Numbered from the stretch's first letter, positions 49,524 through 59,782 are shown. The stretch is DNA of 64,000 bases from Abditibacterium sp. (GCA_965199495.1 CBDASK010000003.1:3328001-3392000); one strand, 5' to 3'. A program made the numbers and translations. The notes: generated by a model not told the origin, from the sequence alone.

Positions 49524-50192
49524 TCATGGCGCCCGTCGCATCGCATAAGGCGCCATCACTGGCGAAACCACGCGTTCCCAGCCGCCACGCATCACGTTAT
49601 CGTAAGCCACGCGCATCTGCTCGGCGCACTCGTTCGCGTTCAGGCCGCCAACGCCCGTTCCCAAACCAGAAACCGTGACGCCATAAATCGGTTGCTCGTT
49701 GGCTTGGTTGTGCTTTAAAATCGCCACCAAAACCGCGCGCATTGCCAGATAAGCGTTGATTGTGCCTTCGATGCCACCGGGAATTCTCATCGTGGGCGCC
49801 GCGATTAAAAACGGAAAGCGCCGGTGTTCCATCGGGATAACAACAGCCACGCCGACGGGCCGTTCGCCCCAAAATTGTTCGCGAATCGTCGCCATCAACG
49901 CGCTTTGCGCGGCGCCGCCGAAATAATCGTCCACGATTTTATCCAATCCGCCGCCCATATCGCCGTAACTGTTGGCGGGACAAACCAGCGCCGGGCCATC
50001 GGTTTCGAGCAAGCTGCCCTCGATAATTTCGACCGCGCCATAACCTGCAAATTCGCGCGCCCATGCTTTTACGATGTCGGCGTTGATGTCGCACAGCGCG
50101 ATTTTAAGCGCGTCGTCGGGCAAATCTGCGGCGAATTCTTGGGCGATATGAAGGCGTCGCCGCCGCAAATGGCTGGCAATGGTTCGTCGCAT
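49524..50192 (-). CDS. Macro-domain (ADP-ribose binding/hydrolase) protein
   Basis: VCPANSYGDMGGGLD, APTMR and GLGTGVGG motifs. Confidence 0.9.
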   Translation of the reverse strand: MRRTIASHLRRRRLHIAQEFAADLPDDALKIALCDINADIVKAWAREFAGYGAVEIIEGSLLETDGPALVCPANSYGDMGGGLDKIVDDYFGGAAQSALMATIREQFWGERPVGVAVVIPMEHRRFPFLIAAPTMRIPGGIEGTINAYLAMRAVLVAILKHNQANEQPIYGVTVSGLGTGVGGLNANECAEQMRVAYDNVMRGGWERVVSPVMAPYAMRRAP

Positions 50193-50244
50193 AAAGCAAA
50201 TTTAAACTGTGGCTTTGCTTTCGATTGTTGGGAATTGATTTGTT

Positions 50245-50844
50245 ATGCCGCATCGCGTTATTTTTGCCAACCGCTTGGGATGTTTGTCTTATCTTCTGGT
50301 TTTTGCCGCGCTAACAATTTTATTTATCGTGCTCTGCCTGAGCGATTATCTGTCGTGGCCAGAAAATATTCTCCACGCGATTTTCGGTGCGATTCCTTTT
50401 GTTTTTCTCTGGTGGTATGGAATTGATGGTCTGCAATCTTTATGGGCGAAACGCTTGGAGTTGAGCGAAGAACAAATCATTTATTGCGATGGAGAAACGC
50501 ACTCAACCGTTGCGATTGCGGATTTGTTGAAGGTGTCTGTTACTCGCGGCGCTGGTTTTGACAGCGGCCCTTGGACGACATTAAATTTAGAATCGCGCGA
50601 TGATAAAACTACGCCGCACTGGAACATGACCCCATTCACCTTGTGCGTCACTCTGCAAATCGCCGGACAATTGGCGAGATTAGCCGATTTGCAAGGTGTC
50701 ATTGTAGAGCAAGACAAGAGCGATGAAAAAAGTTTGCGCCGCGCCGCGCGTGGGATGGGCACTCTCACGCTTTTAACGCTCGAAGAAGAAAAAACGGTTT
50801 GGGAAAATAGGCCGCAAACCTTTCTTTTTAAGCCGCGACGCTGA
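50245..50844 (+). CDS. Hypothetical membrane protein
   Basis: Two N-terminal TM helices; the ORF fills the gap between the macro-domain gene and lnt. Confidence 0.55.
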   Translation: MPHRVIFANRLGCLSYLLVFAALTILFIVLCLSDYLSWPENILHAIFGAIPFVFLWWYGIDGLQSLWAKRLELSEEQIIYCDGETHSTVAIADLLKVSVTRGAGFDSGPWTTLNLESRDDKTTPHWNMTPFTLCVTLQIAGQLARLADLQGVIVEQDKSDEKSLRRAARGMGTLTLLTLEEEKTVWENRPQTFLFKPRR

Positions 50845-50868
50845 CGCGTTTTCCTAAACTCTCCCGCG

Positions 50869-52308
50869 TTGAATTCTTCTCTTTCGCCCGCGCCGCAAAA
50901 GCGCATTGGGCCGCTTATTCTCGCTCTGGCTTTCGGTTGGTGGCTGGCGGGCGCGTTTCAAATTTTTCTCTTGGGTTGGGTTGCGACGGCGCCCTTATGG
51001 CTTTTGGTCACCGATTTACCAACGCGACAGCGCGCGCGGTTGGGTTATGTCGCGGGCTTTGTTTCGTTCTGGCTCATCAATTGGTGGCTGGTGCCGACAA
51101 TAACCAATGGCGCCGCCGCTATCGGCGCTTCGCCATTGCTGGGCTTTGTTTTGTCCCTCGTCGCCGTCACTTTTATCGCGGCGGTTCACGGACTGCAACC
51201 GATGATTTGCGCGATTTTGGCGCGCGGCAAAAGTTGGTGGACGCCGTGGCTGTTAGCGGCGGCGTGGACATTTTTGGACTACTTGCGCGATCAAGGGCCG
51301 CTCCGCCATTCGTGGGGCGCGCTGGGTTTCACGCAGACGACCGACGCATTATTGCTACGCGGTTCGCCGGTTATCGGCCAGCATGGATTAACGTTTTTAT
51401 GCGCCTTCATCGGCGCGTGTGCGGCGTTGTGGTGGATGTCGCGCCAACGGATTTTCGCGGCGATGCCGGTTGGCGTTTTGGTTTTGTGGCACGCGGTTGG
51501 TTTGTTACCGCGCCCCATTTTATTCCCAGCGCTTGGGCCGACGCAAAATGTGCGCGTTTTGATCGTGCAAACCTACGTTTCGAGTCTGGGCAAAAACGGT
51601 GGCAACGGGCCGTTTCCGCAAGCGCTGAAGTTGACACGGGACGCGACGCGCAATCAGAAATACGATTTGATTTTGTGGCCGGAAACCACGATTGAACTGC
51701 GCAAAGCGGGCGACGGGTTTTATAGTGGTTCCGACTTGGCGCAGTGGCAATTGTTTGGGCCGAAAATTCCGCTCCTGACGGGCGCGCGCGCGACTTCGAC
51801 CGATGGCACCGAACGCAACGAAGCCGTTTTACTGATGCCTGACGGCAGCGCGCAGGGTTACGCAAAAACGCGATTGGTGCCGTTTGGCGAGCGCCCGCCG
51901 TTTGTGGAATGGTTGCCGTTTTTGGCTAATTTTGCGCCTCATCCGCTTATCGAACGCGGCGATGGGCCGAAAACTTTGTCGTTGCCGCTCGACGGCGAGC
52001 GCGATAGCAGCCACGCCGTTGGGATCAATCCGGCGATCTGTTTCGAGAGTTGTTTTCCGCTCTGGCTCGATGGCAAAAGCGCCGGTTTCAACGCGATTTT
52101 AACGAACGATGAATGGTTCGGTTGGACGGAAGCGCCGCGCCAACACCGGGCGATGGCGCAACTGCGCGCGGTCGAAACGGGTAGGCCCGTGATTCAAAGT
52201 TGCAACGGGCGCTACTCGTTTTATATCGGCGCAGACGGTAAGATATTAGCGACGACTCAAGGCAATGCCGCTCAAACGCTCGATGTGACGATTCCAGTTG
52301 CGCGATAG
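50869..52308 (+). CDS. lnt: Apolipoprotein N-acyltransferase
   Basis: WPET, YAK..LVPFGE, ICFES and TNDEWFG..QH..MA.LRAVE motifs. Confidence 0.93.
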   Translation: MNSSLSPAPQKRIGPLILALAFGWWLAGAFQIFLLGWVATAPLWLLVTDLPTRQRARLGYVAGFVSFWLINWWLVPTITNGAAAIGASPLLGFVLSLVAVTFIAAVHGLQPMICAILARGKSWWTPWLLAAAWTFLDYLRDQGPLRHSWGALGFTQTTDALLLRGSPVIGQHGLTFLCAFIGACAALWWMSRQRIFAAMPVGVLVLWHAVGLLPRPILFPALGPTQNVRVLIVQTYVSSLGKNGGNGPFPQALKLTRDATRNQKYDLILWPETTIELRKAGDGFYSGSDLAQWQLFGPKIPLLTGARATSTDGTERNEAVLLMPDGSAQGYAKTRLVPFGERPPFVEWLPFLANFAPHPLIERGDGPKTLSLPLDGERDSSHAVGINPAICFESCFPLWLDGKSAGFNAILTNDEWFGWTEAPRQHRAMAQLRAVETGRPVIQSCNGRYSFYIGADGKILATTQGNAAQTLDVTIPVAR

Positions 52309-52421
52309 GCGGATGTTTATGTCTGTCATTCAGCAACCGAGGGCTGGCAGAATCGTCTAAACTAATGTTCTCTTATTCGTCTGTGAAAACGGACGATTTG
52401 GTTTCAGAACTTCCAAATTCT

Positions 52422-54152
52422 ATGCGATATTTCAAATCTCTGGCGGCGCCGCTTTTCGCGACGGCGCTCATTTGCGCGGCCAACGGCGCGGTGTGGGCGC
52501 AACAGGTGCGCATTATCTACCCGCAGGAAGGGCAGGATGTGCGCGGCGAAGTCACGGTGCGCTACGAAGGTTTGCCGCCCGGCGGCTATGCCATCGTCAA
52601 AATTGACGGCCAGTTCAAAGATGCTTCGGCGCAGGATTTCGTGACTTTCGACACCATCTCGGATCGCAGCACCTTCGCCAAAGGCGATGGCAGCTACAAA
52701 GTGGACATCACCGTTTTGCGGCCCGGCGGCGCGCAGGTCGGCACCGCTTCGGCGAATTTTAATGTCGCCAACAACAAAGTGGATGTCGCGGGCGAAGCGG
52801 TCAAACTCACGCATTGGAAGCCCACCGATATTTTGCGCGATTCGGTCGAGCGTTATCGCGTTTTTGCCGAAAGCGATGCCGTCATTGACGATGGCACGGC
52901 GGGCGGTGGGGCGTCCGGCGGCGGTGGTGGGGGCGGCGTTGAAGGCGGCGGCGGGGGCGCGGCAGACAATTCGATTCCCGCGCCGCTCGATTGGCAGGTC
53001 GCGGCTTTGATGCGTCGTCAGGTGCGTAATATCGGTATGTATAACGGCTCGGCCAACATCGCCACGGCGGTGCAGGAATCGTTTGATCGCCAGCGTAAGG
53101 GCGAAGGCGGCGGGGGCGCTGGCGCCGAGGGCGGGCTGGGGAGCAGTTCTTCGTCGGGCCGCTCTAAAGCTCCGACTTCGGCGGCGCCCGCCAAGGCTCC
53201 GTGGAATGTGGACGATCATGGGGTACCTCTGTGGAACCGGGCGCCCGAAACCGGCAAATATTTCGTCAAAATGATCGAGCCAAACGGCACCGAAATCAAC
53301 GCGACGCGCAAAGCTCCGACGATTGCTATCGCCGATTTGCTGCCGACGTTTCCCGATGCCGAGGTGCGCCCCGGTTCGACATGGGAAACCAATATGACGA
53401 TTCTGGGCGATTTGTCCACGCGCAAAGGCATCAACGTCACGGCGCCCATCACTTTCACGGCTTACGATACGATTCTCACGCCCGGCGGCGAAAGCCGCCG
53501 TTGCGCCAAATTGGAATCGCGTTTCCGTTTGCCAGAAAATCTGTCCAAACAGATTGCCGCCGGTTTGGGCAGCAAAATTGGTTCGGCGGGCGGCGCGGGT
53601 GGCGGTGCGGAAAGCGGCCCTCCGGGAGGCGCGCCAAGTGGCGGCAGTGCTTCGGGCGCCGCCGCCGAACCGACGCTTACGCCCGAAGATATCGAAGTCG
53701 CGCGCACTGATGTGGCGCGCGTGATGTGGTTCGACATGGATCGCCGTCAGGTGCTACGCTCGGAAGATACCATCAAATCTTACTTCGAGATTCCGCCCAC
53801 TGCGATGGATGCGGCTGGCGGCGGTGGCCCTTCTTCTGTTCCCAGCGGCGGTCGCGGCGGTTTTCCGGGCGGCGGTGGCTTTCCGGGTGGCGGTGGCTTT
53901 CCGGGTGGCGGCGGTTTTCCGGGCGGCGGCTTCCCGGGCGGCGGCTTTCCCGGTGGTGAAGCTGGCGCTGACGCCGCGCCTGCCCAGCCAACCAAAGTCG
54001 ATTACAACCTGAATGTTACCACTTGGTTCGACGACCGTATTCCTTCGCCCAACTTCAGTTATACCGGTGGTCTGGGAACGGCCCATTCCAGAGATAGCGT
54101 CAACGAAGTCGGCATCTCGCGCGTTACGAAAAACGCCAGTGCCAACGGTTAA
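52422..54152 (+). CDS. Secreted Gly-rich hypothetical protein with (GGGFPG)n tract
   Basis: Signal peptide AVWA-Q; Ig-like start; Gly-rich loops; PGSTWE motif. Confidence 0.7.
   Translation: MRYFKSLAAPLFATALICAANGAVWAQQVRIIYPQEGQDVRGEVTVRYEGLPPGGYAIVKIDGQFKDASAQDFVTFDTISDRSTFAKGDGSYKVDITVLRPGGAQVGTASANFNVANNKVDVAGEAVKLTHWKPTDILRDSVERYRVFAESDAVIDDGTAGGGASGGGGGGGVEGGGGGAADNSIPAPLDWQVAALMRRQVRNIGMYNGSANIATAVQESFDRQRKGEGGGGAGAEGGLGSSSSSGRSKAPTSAAPAKAPWNVDDHGVPLWNRAPETGKYFVKMIEPNGTEINATRKAPTIAIADLLPTFPDAEVRPGSTWETNMTILGDLSTRKGINVTAPITFTAYDTILTPGGESRRCAKLESRFRLPENLSKQIAAGLGSKIGSAGGAGGGAESGPPGGAPSGGSASGAAAEPTLTPEDIEVARTDVARVMWFDMDRRQVLRSEDTIKSYFEIPPTAMDAAGGGGPSSVPSGGRGGFPGGGGFPGGGGFPGGGGFPGGGFPGGGFPGGEAGADAAPAQPTKVDYNLNVTTWFDDRIPSPNFSYTGGLGTAHSRDSVNEVGISRVTKNASANG
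53862..53958 (+). repeat. Coding tandem repeat (15-18 bp units, six FPGG)
   Basis: tttccgggcggcggtggc-like units. Confidence 0.8.
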
Positions 54153-54167
54153 TTGAAGGTCAACTCA

Positions 54168-54202
54168 AAAACCCGCGCCTCTCGTTCGAGGCGCGGGTTT
54201 TT
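54168..54202 (+). terminator. Intrinsic terminator
   Basis: AAAACCCGCGCCTC-tcgttc-GAGGCGCGGGTTTTT. Confidence 0.85.
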
Positions 54203-54293
54203 GGGTTACAGAGTTCTGTAACTTTAGCTTTTCCTCTATCGAAAGTAATTTCGCAGGCTATGGCGTTTCCTCATGTAGATACGACAACTCTCT

Positions 54294-54368
54294 GCGGGGC
54301 TGACGCTCTCTTCCAATCGGCGTAATTGCGAAAAATTATTGCCGATTGGAAGAGAGCGTCAGCCCCGC
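54294..54368. repeat. REP-like inverted repeat (28-bp arms), same family as 23395-23466
   Basis: GCGGGGCTGACGCTCTCTTCCAATCGGC / GCCGATTGGAAGAGAGCGTCAGCCCCGC; outer TTCCTCAT/ATGAGGAA. Confidence 0.9.
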
Positions 54369-54827
54369 TGGTGTAGCCGACCGATGAGGAAGCTATCGTT
54401 TCGCTCGAAAAGTCTGCCGATTGGGATTAGGCAACTAAAGCGTCAAAATTTCGGCTTTGGAGGCGCGGGTGCGCGGTTATACTGAAATGGTCTGTTGCTT
54501 CGCATGAACCGAAATCTTAGCTCGGTGGCCCTGCGACTCTTTCTCTAAATTTTCGTTTTTGGCGGATCGAACTTTCGCCAGAAGTTCTCTTTTCGATGGA
54601 AATTCCTTTGATTTGGTGGTGGCTGTGCGCCGTTTCGTTGAATATCTCTCTATTCGACCTGCGCGCGCGCAATTGCCGACAATGGAGAGCGATGCCCGCG
54701 CCAATTTTGGTGACGGCACCGCGCGAAGGCGCGTGGATGGTCGCGCGCGCGCAAGAGTTGGGAGCAACGGCATTCCGCGAAAACCCGCGACGCTCGAACG
54801 CGCGCGCGGGCCGCGAAAGGGGCATCC

Positions 54828-56411
54828 GTGAATCCAAACTTCCTCGTTGGGGTTGTTGTTATATTGTTGGTCGGAATAGGGGCGGGCGCGATTTTCTTCG
54901 CCAATTTGCTGCGCGGTGCGAACCAGCGCGCCAGCGCTTTAGTCGAAGAAAATCATCGGGAATCTGAGCGTGAAAACGAACGCAAAAGCGCCGAACTGCA
55001 AAGCGAACTGGCGCGCCGTCAGGCCGAACTCAAACTCGAAGCGCGCGAAGAAATTCAACGCGAAGTCGCTCGTCTGCGCGACGCGATGGAAACCGAAACC
55101 GCCGAGCGTCGCGCGGAGATTAAAGAATCCGAAACGCGTCTGCGCGAGCGCGAAACGCGTTTAGACCGGCGCATCAAAGAAATTGAAGGCCGCGACAAAA
55201 AATTGGGCGAGCGCGCCGTGCAACTCGAAAGCAAAATCAGCGAGGCCGACGAACTTATCGCGCAGCGCCACGGCGAGTTGGAGCGCGTGGCTCGTCTTTC
55301 CGAGGGCGAGGCCAAAGAATTGTTGCTGCAACGCGTCGAGGATGAAACGCGCGAGGCGATGTCGAGCGTTGTGCTGCGCATCGAAGAAGAGATGCGCGAC
55401 CGCGCCGAAGAGCGCGCCCGCAAACTTCTGGTGATGGCGATGCACCGTTGCGCCGTTGACCAGACCAGCGAAAGCGCGGTTTCGGTCGTGCCTCTCCCGA
55501 CCGAAGACCTCAAAGGTCGCATCATCGGGCGCGAGGGCCGCAACATTCGCACGTTCGAGCAATTGTCGGGCACCGATTTGATCATTGACGATACGCCCGA
55601 AGCGGTCATGGTTTCGTGCTTTGATCCGGTGCGCCGCGAAATCGCGCGCACGGCGCTGGCCGATTTGGTCTCCGATGGGCGCATTCATCCGGCGCGCATC
55701 GAAGAAGTTCTGGCGCGCGCCAAAGGCGAAATCGCCGTCAAAATGCGCGAGGCCGCCGAGCGCGCCTGCAACGATGCCAACGTGCGTTTGCCCAAGCCGA
55801 TCATGGAGGTCGTCGGGCGTTTGCTGTATCGCACTTCGTATGGTCAGAATATTTTGTGGCACTCGGTCGAGATGGCGAAAATCGCCGCGACCATCGCCGT
55901 CGAAGTCGGCGCCGACGTGAACGTCGCCAAGCGCGGCGCGTTTTTGCACGACATCGGCAAAGCTCTGGATCACGACCACGAAGGCAGCCACGTCGCGCTG
56001 GGCGTGGAACTGATGAAGCGCCATCGCGAGAGCGACGCGGTCATTCGCGCGGCGGGCGAGCATCATCACGATGTCGCCGAAATGTCAAGTCTGGAAGCGG
56101 TCATCGTGCAAATCGCCGATATGATGTCGGGGTCGCGTCCCGGCGCGCGCCGCGAAAACGTCGAAATTTACGTCAAGCGTCTGGCCGAACTGGAAAAAAT
56201 CGCCGATAGTTTTGAGGGCGTCGAGAAATCCTACGCGATTCAGGCGGGCCGCGAGGTGCGCATCGTCGTCAAGCCCGAACGCGTGGATGATTTGGCCGCG
56301 CTCCGTCTGGCCCGCGACGTGGCTCGTCGCGTGCAGGACGAAATGACCTATCCCGGCGAGATTAAAATCACCGTCATCCGCGAAACGCGCGCCTCGGAAA
56401 TCGCGCATTAG
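54828..56411 (+). CDS. rny: Ribonuclease Y
   Basis: N-terminal TM and coiled coil; KGRIIGREGRNIR (KH); RTSYGQN; LHDIGKA (HD); SRPGARRE; AIQAGRE. Confidence 0.98.
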   Translation: MNPNFLVGVVVILLVGIGAGAIFFANLLRGANQRASALVEENHRESERENERKSAELQSELARRQAELKLEAREEIQREVARLRDAMETETAERRAEIKESETRLRERETRLDRRIKEIEGRDKKLGERAVQLESKISEADELIAQRHGELERVARLSEGEAKELLLQRVEDETREAMSSVVLRIEEEMRDRAEERARKLLVMAMHRCAVDQTSESAVSVVPLPTEDLKGRIIGREGRNIRTFEQLSGTDLIIDDTPEAVMVSCFDPVRREIARTALADLVSDGRIHPARIEEVLARAKGEIAVKMREAAERACNDANVRLPKPIMEVVGRLLYRTSYGQNILWHSVEMAKIAATIAVEVGADVNVAKRGAFLHDIGKALDHDHEGSHVALGVELMKRHRESDAVIRAAGEHHHDVAEMSSLEAVIVQIADMMSGSRPGARRENVEIYVKRLAELEKIADSFEGVEKSYAIQAGREVRIVVKPERVDDLAALRLARDVARRVQDEMTYPGEIKITVIRETRASEIAH

Positions 56412-56413
56412 TC

Positions 56414-56670
56414 TCGGATGTCGGATGTCAGATTTCGGATGTCAGATTTCGGAGAGGGCGCGCGTTGTCATTTCGAGTGAGGCACGAACCGAGAAATCTT
56501 TCGCCCGCGTGGCAACGCAGAGTAAAATCCGCCTCAAAGTGCAAGAGAATGCCTGACTTCCGCTGGCGCGGGGCCGCAAGATTTCTCGGTTCGTGCCTCA
56601 CTTGAAATGACACCGCGCGCCCTCTCCGAAATCTGACGTCCGAAATCTGACATCTGAAATCCGACATCTG
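56414..56670. mobile_element. TGTCATTTCGAG-family element copy 2, wrapped in inverted (TCRGATK)n heptamer arrays
   Basis: Core arms 56466-56500 and 56578-56612; six heptamers on each side. Confidence 0.8.
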
Positions 56671-56715
56671 GTAACCTAAATGCGAGGAGTCAGCGCTCAT
56701 CATCACACTCTAATT

Positions 56716-56979
56716 ATGCAGACCTTGCGCGTATCGGCCAAAAGCAAACCCAACACCGTCGCCGGAGCTATCGCGGGCATTATGCGCGAAGAAGGCGAAG
56801 TCGAAGTTCAAACCGTCGGTGCGGCGGCGCTTAATCAAGCGGTCAAAGCCATCGCGATCGCGCGCGGTTTCGTCATCGCATCGGGCATCGATCTGGTGTG
56901 CGTGCCGTCGTTTTCCGAAATCGAAATAGATGGCAACGAACGCACCGCGATTAAATTATTGGTTTTGAAACGTAAATAA
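56716..56979 (+). CDS. spoVS: Stage V sporulation protein S family
   Basis: LRVSAKSKPNTVAGAIAG..GAAALNQAVKAIAIARGF..IDG.ERTAIK. Confidence 0.95.
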   Translation: MQTLRVSAKSKPNTVAGAIAGIMREEGEVEVQTVGAAALNQAVKAIAIARGFVIASGIDLVCVPSFSEIEIDGNERTAIKLLVLKRK

Positions 56980-57046
56980 CATTTCTTTATCAATTGACAG
57001 GTTCGGTTGAAACGTGGCACCGCGATTGTTCGTAATTCGCCATTCC

Positions 57047-57673
57047 ATGAATCTCAACTTAAAAAATTCTCTCGTTATTTTCTGCGGCTTCTCGCTGGCG
57101 ACGGCAGCAGCCACGGCGGCTTATGGTCAAGGCCCGGTGCTGCCCATCGAGCCGATGCCAGCCGCCGCAACCGCCAAGAACACCGTATCGGCCATTGACT
57201 TGACAACGCAGGCCGAAATCAATGAACGTGAGTATTTGCGCCGCGCCGCCGGATTGACGGCGCTGCATGGCCCCGGCATTGTCGTGACTTTGCGCGACCG
57301 CAAAGGCATCAAAAGCAAGGACGCGTCCCAGTCCATTCCCGGCTTGGTTCACGATTACGATTTATCTGCCGTCGTCAATCAATTGCGCGCCGCCGATGCC
57401 GAAGCTATCGCGATTAACGGCATACGCGTGGGCAGCCAGACCGCTATCACCGTGTCCGGCTCTTCGATTTATATCGGCGGACAAAGAATTGGCAACCCAT
57501 TTGAAATCGAGGCCATCGGCGATGCGGGCCAGATGAAAAACAGGCTGGAGGCGTCGGGAATCGCAAGCGAACTCAAAAATGTTGGCCCCTACATCAGCGT
57601 GGCGACTTCCAAAAACCTGCGCGTGCCTGCGCTCAAAGAAGCGCCCCAGTTTCGCTTTGGCAAGCCGGAATAA
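57047..57673 (+). CDS. DUF881-domain exported protein
   Basis: AGLTAL.GPGIVVTLRD; VHDYDL..VVNQL.AA.AEAIAING.R; PFEIEAIGD. Confidence 0.85.
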   Translation: MNLNLKNSLVIFCGFSLATAAATAAYGQGPVLPIEPMPAAATAKNTVSAIDLTTQAEINEREYLRRAAGLTALHGPGIVVTLRDRKGIKSKDASQSIPGLVHDYDLSAVVNQLRAADAEAIAINGIRVGSQTAITVSGSSIYIGGQRIGNPFEIEAIGDAGQMKNRLEASGIASELKNVGPYISVATSKNLRVPALKEAPQFRFGKPE

Positions 57674-57689
57674 TGGAGGCGCGCCACAC

Positions 57690-57724
57690 AAAAAACGCCC
57701 GCAACGAAAGTTGCGGGCGTTTTT
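57690..57724. terminator. Bidirectional intrinsic terminator
   Basis: AAAAACGCCCGCAAC-GAAA-GTTGCGGGCGTTTTT with GNRA loop, between convergent genes. Confidence 0.9.
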
Positions 57725-57742
57725 GTTTTCGCGGCCAAAACT

Positions 57743-59629
57743 TTAGTTCAAGCGCAGATAATTATCGCGATAAGCGTAGTATTGGTCGTCGTTGTAGGCG
57801 ACGCGCTGATCTAAACGCACGCCGATGCGCGCGCCTTGTGCGACCTTTGCTTCGGCGGCTTTATCGCCTTTGTTGGCGCCATAAAGGTAGCCGCCCAACG
57901 CGCCTAACAGCGAAGGCAAAACGCCATCTTTCTTCAAAACGCGACCAATCACGAAACCGGCGGCGGTGCCGATGCCGATGACTTTGAGCTTGTCGCCACT
58001 ATTGCTGCCCGCTTTGGCCATAATGCGACCGCCCGTTGTTTGCACGCTCTTGTCATCAAGCGTTGTCAAATTTCCAGTCAACGGCACGCGCTCGCCGCCC
58101 GGCAGAATCGCGGTGTTGAAGTCGAAGTCCAAAACGCCCGGATCATTGCCCTGCATCTGGCGCGCTTCGGTCACGCGGCCAACCAGAGTTGTGCCCGCAG
58201 GAAACTCGCTGTCGCCCAACTTTTGCGAGTCAACCGTCGCGGTAATCTCTTCTCCAACGCGCGCCGTGGCTGATGAAAGCGTGGTGTTGAGCGTTACCGG
58301 CACAACGGCTCCGGCGGGAATCGAAATCTGGCGCGCTCCGGCGACGATTTGGTTGTCGCCATTCACGGTGTTGGTCGGAATCGGCGGATAAACCGTCTGG
58401 CCGTTGGCGTCGTAGACCGGATTTGGCATCGTGTTCGTCACCTGATAACCGTCGTAATTGTCGCTGGGACGCACGCTGGTCGTCTGGTCGTAACCGTAAT
58501 CGTTGGGATTGAATCGCGTGTTGACATCGCGCAAATACGGATCGCGGAAGCGGCCATAATCGGTGGTGTCGGTGTAACGCGCCGCGTTGGTCAGCTCGAC
58601 GCCCAATGTCGTGTTTTGCGCCAGACGAGCCTCTTCGGCTTTCTTATCGCGACTGCGCGAGAACAGGTAGCCACCGGCAGCGCCCAGAATCGTGGAGACG
58701 GTCGAGTTGCTCTTCAAAACGCGGCCCAACACGTAGCCCGCGCCCGCGCCGATGCCGATAACTTTGAGGCGATCATCTTTTTTGGCACCGTTTGCAATTA
58801 AACGTCCGCCCTGATTGGAAACGTTGTCGGTATCAAGCGAAGCCAATTGACCTTGCAGAGGAATGCGCGTACCGTCGGGCAAAATTGCGGCTGTCCAATT
58901 GAAATCCAACACGCCCGGTTGGTTATTGGCGCTCGGTTGCGCTTCGGTCACTAAACCTTGAATTTTGGTGCCCGCCGGAAATTCGCTGTCGCCCAAACGC
59001 ACCGTTTTAATCGTGGCGGTAAAAGTATCGCCCACGCGCGTCGTCGCTGAATCCAACGCTTTGTCAAGCGTGACAGGAATGACGACGCCCGAAGGAATCG
59101 AAATTTGGCGATAGTTGGCGACCTGTGAACCAGTCGTGCCATTGTTATTGCCATAGTTGGGCAACGTGTTGGAATTGGTGCCGACGGGAATCGCTGGAGT
59201 TGTGGTTTGCGGCGTACGAATCGAAACGGTCTGTAGTGCGCCGTTCCAGTCCACTTGGGCGCCGGTCGCTTCGGCGACGAAACGCAGCGGCACAAAAGTG
59301 CGCCCATTGACCAAAGTCGCGGCTTGATCTAAAGTGACCGGCGCGCCGTTGACCGACGCGGTGCGATTGTTGATGGCGAGACCAATTTGCGTGGTGCCGC
59401 GCGTAGCTAAAATCGTTTGCGCGGCGGCGTTCCAGTTGACGGTGGCGCCCAGCGCCTCGAAAATATCGCGCAGAGGAACCAGCGTGCGTCCGTTCATCTG
59501 GACGGGCGCCGTCGAAGTCGCGAGCGGCTGACCATCGAGATTGACCGCGATGTCGGCGCTGGCAAAATTCGCGGCGCTCAGCGTTGTCAGCAGGGCGCCC
59601 GCAATTAAAATGGGTTTGGTTGTTTTCAT
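57743..59629 (-). CDS. Secreted protein: copper-amine-oxidase N-terminal (stalk) domain plus two beta-rich modules ending in glycine zippers
   Basis: GRTLVPLRDIFEALGATVNW and GRTFVPLRFVAE; duplicated RQISIP.G.V.PVTL..LGDSEFPAGT..KVIGIG.AG..GRVLK module. Confidence 0.8.
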   Translation of the reverse strand: MKTTKPILIAGALLTTLSAANFASADIAVNLDGQPLATSTAPVQMNGRTLVPLRDIFEALGATVNWNAAAQTILATRGTTQIGLAINNRTASVNGAPVTLDQAATLVNGRTFVPLRFVAEATGAQVDWNGALQTVSIRTPQTTTPAIPVGTNSNTLPNYGNNNGTTGSQVANYRQISIPSGVVIPVTLDKALDSATTRVGDTFTATIKTVRLGDSEFPAGTKIQGLVTEAQPSANNQPGVLDFNWTAAILPDGTRIPLQGQLASLDTDNVSNQGGRLIANGAKKDDRLKVIGIGAGAGYVLGRVLKSNSTVSTILGAAGGYLFSRSRDKKAEEARLAQNTTLGVELTNAARYTDTTDYGRFRDPYLRDVNTRFNPNDYGYDQTTSVRPSDNYDGYQVTNTMPNPVYDANGQTVYPPIPTNTVNGDNQIVAGARQISIPAGAVVPVTLNTTLSSATARVGEEITATVDSQKLGDSEFPAGTTLVGRVTEARQMQGNDPGVLDFDFNTAILPGGERVPLTGNLTTLDDKSVQTTGGRIMAKAGSNSGDKLKVIGIGTAAGFVIGRVLKKDGVLPSLLGALGGYLYGANKGDKAAEAKVAQGARIGVRLDQRVAYNDDQYYAYRDNYLRLN

Positions 59630-59782
59630 GATTGGTTTTCCTTTTTATGTTGTCGGAATAACGAACAAGCGGGCAGACGCCGTGCCGAGTGCATTGTTCG
59701 ATAATTGAATAGCAGTAAATCACCGTCCTCGGTCAAGTTCTGTAAAAGTGAGCGTGCGAAGATTCGAGTTAAAATTAAGAGC

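Noticed and set aside
56414..56455. Heptamer arrays as phase-variation SSRs or iterons
   Set aside because: The units are degenerate, occur as mirrored pairs around another element, and no rep gene is present
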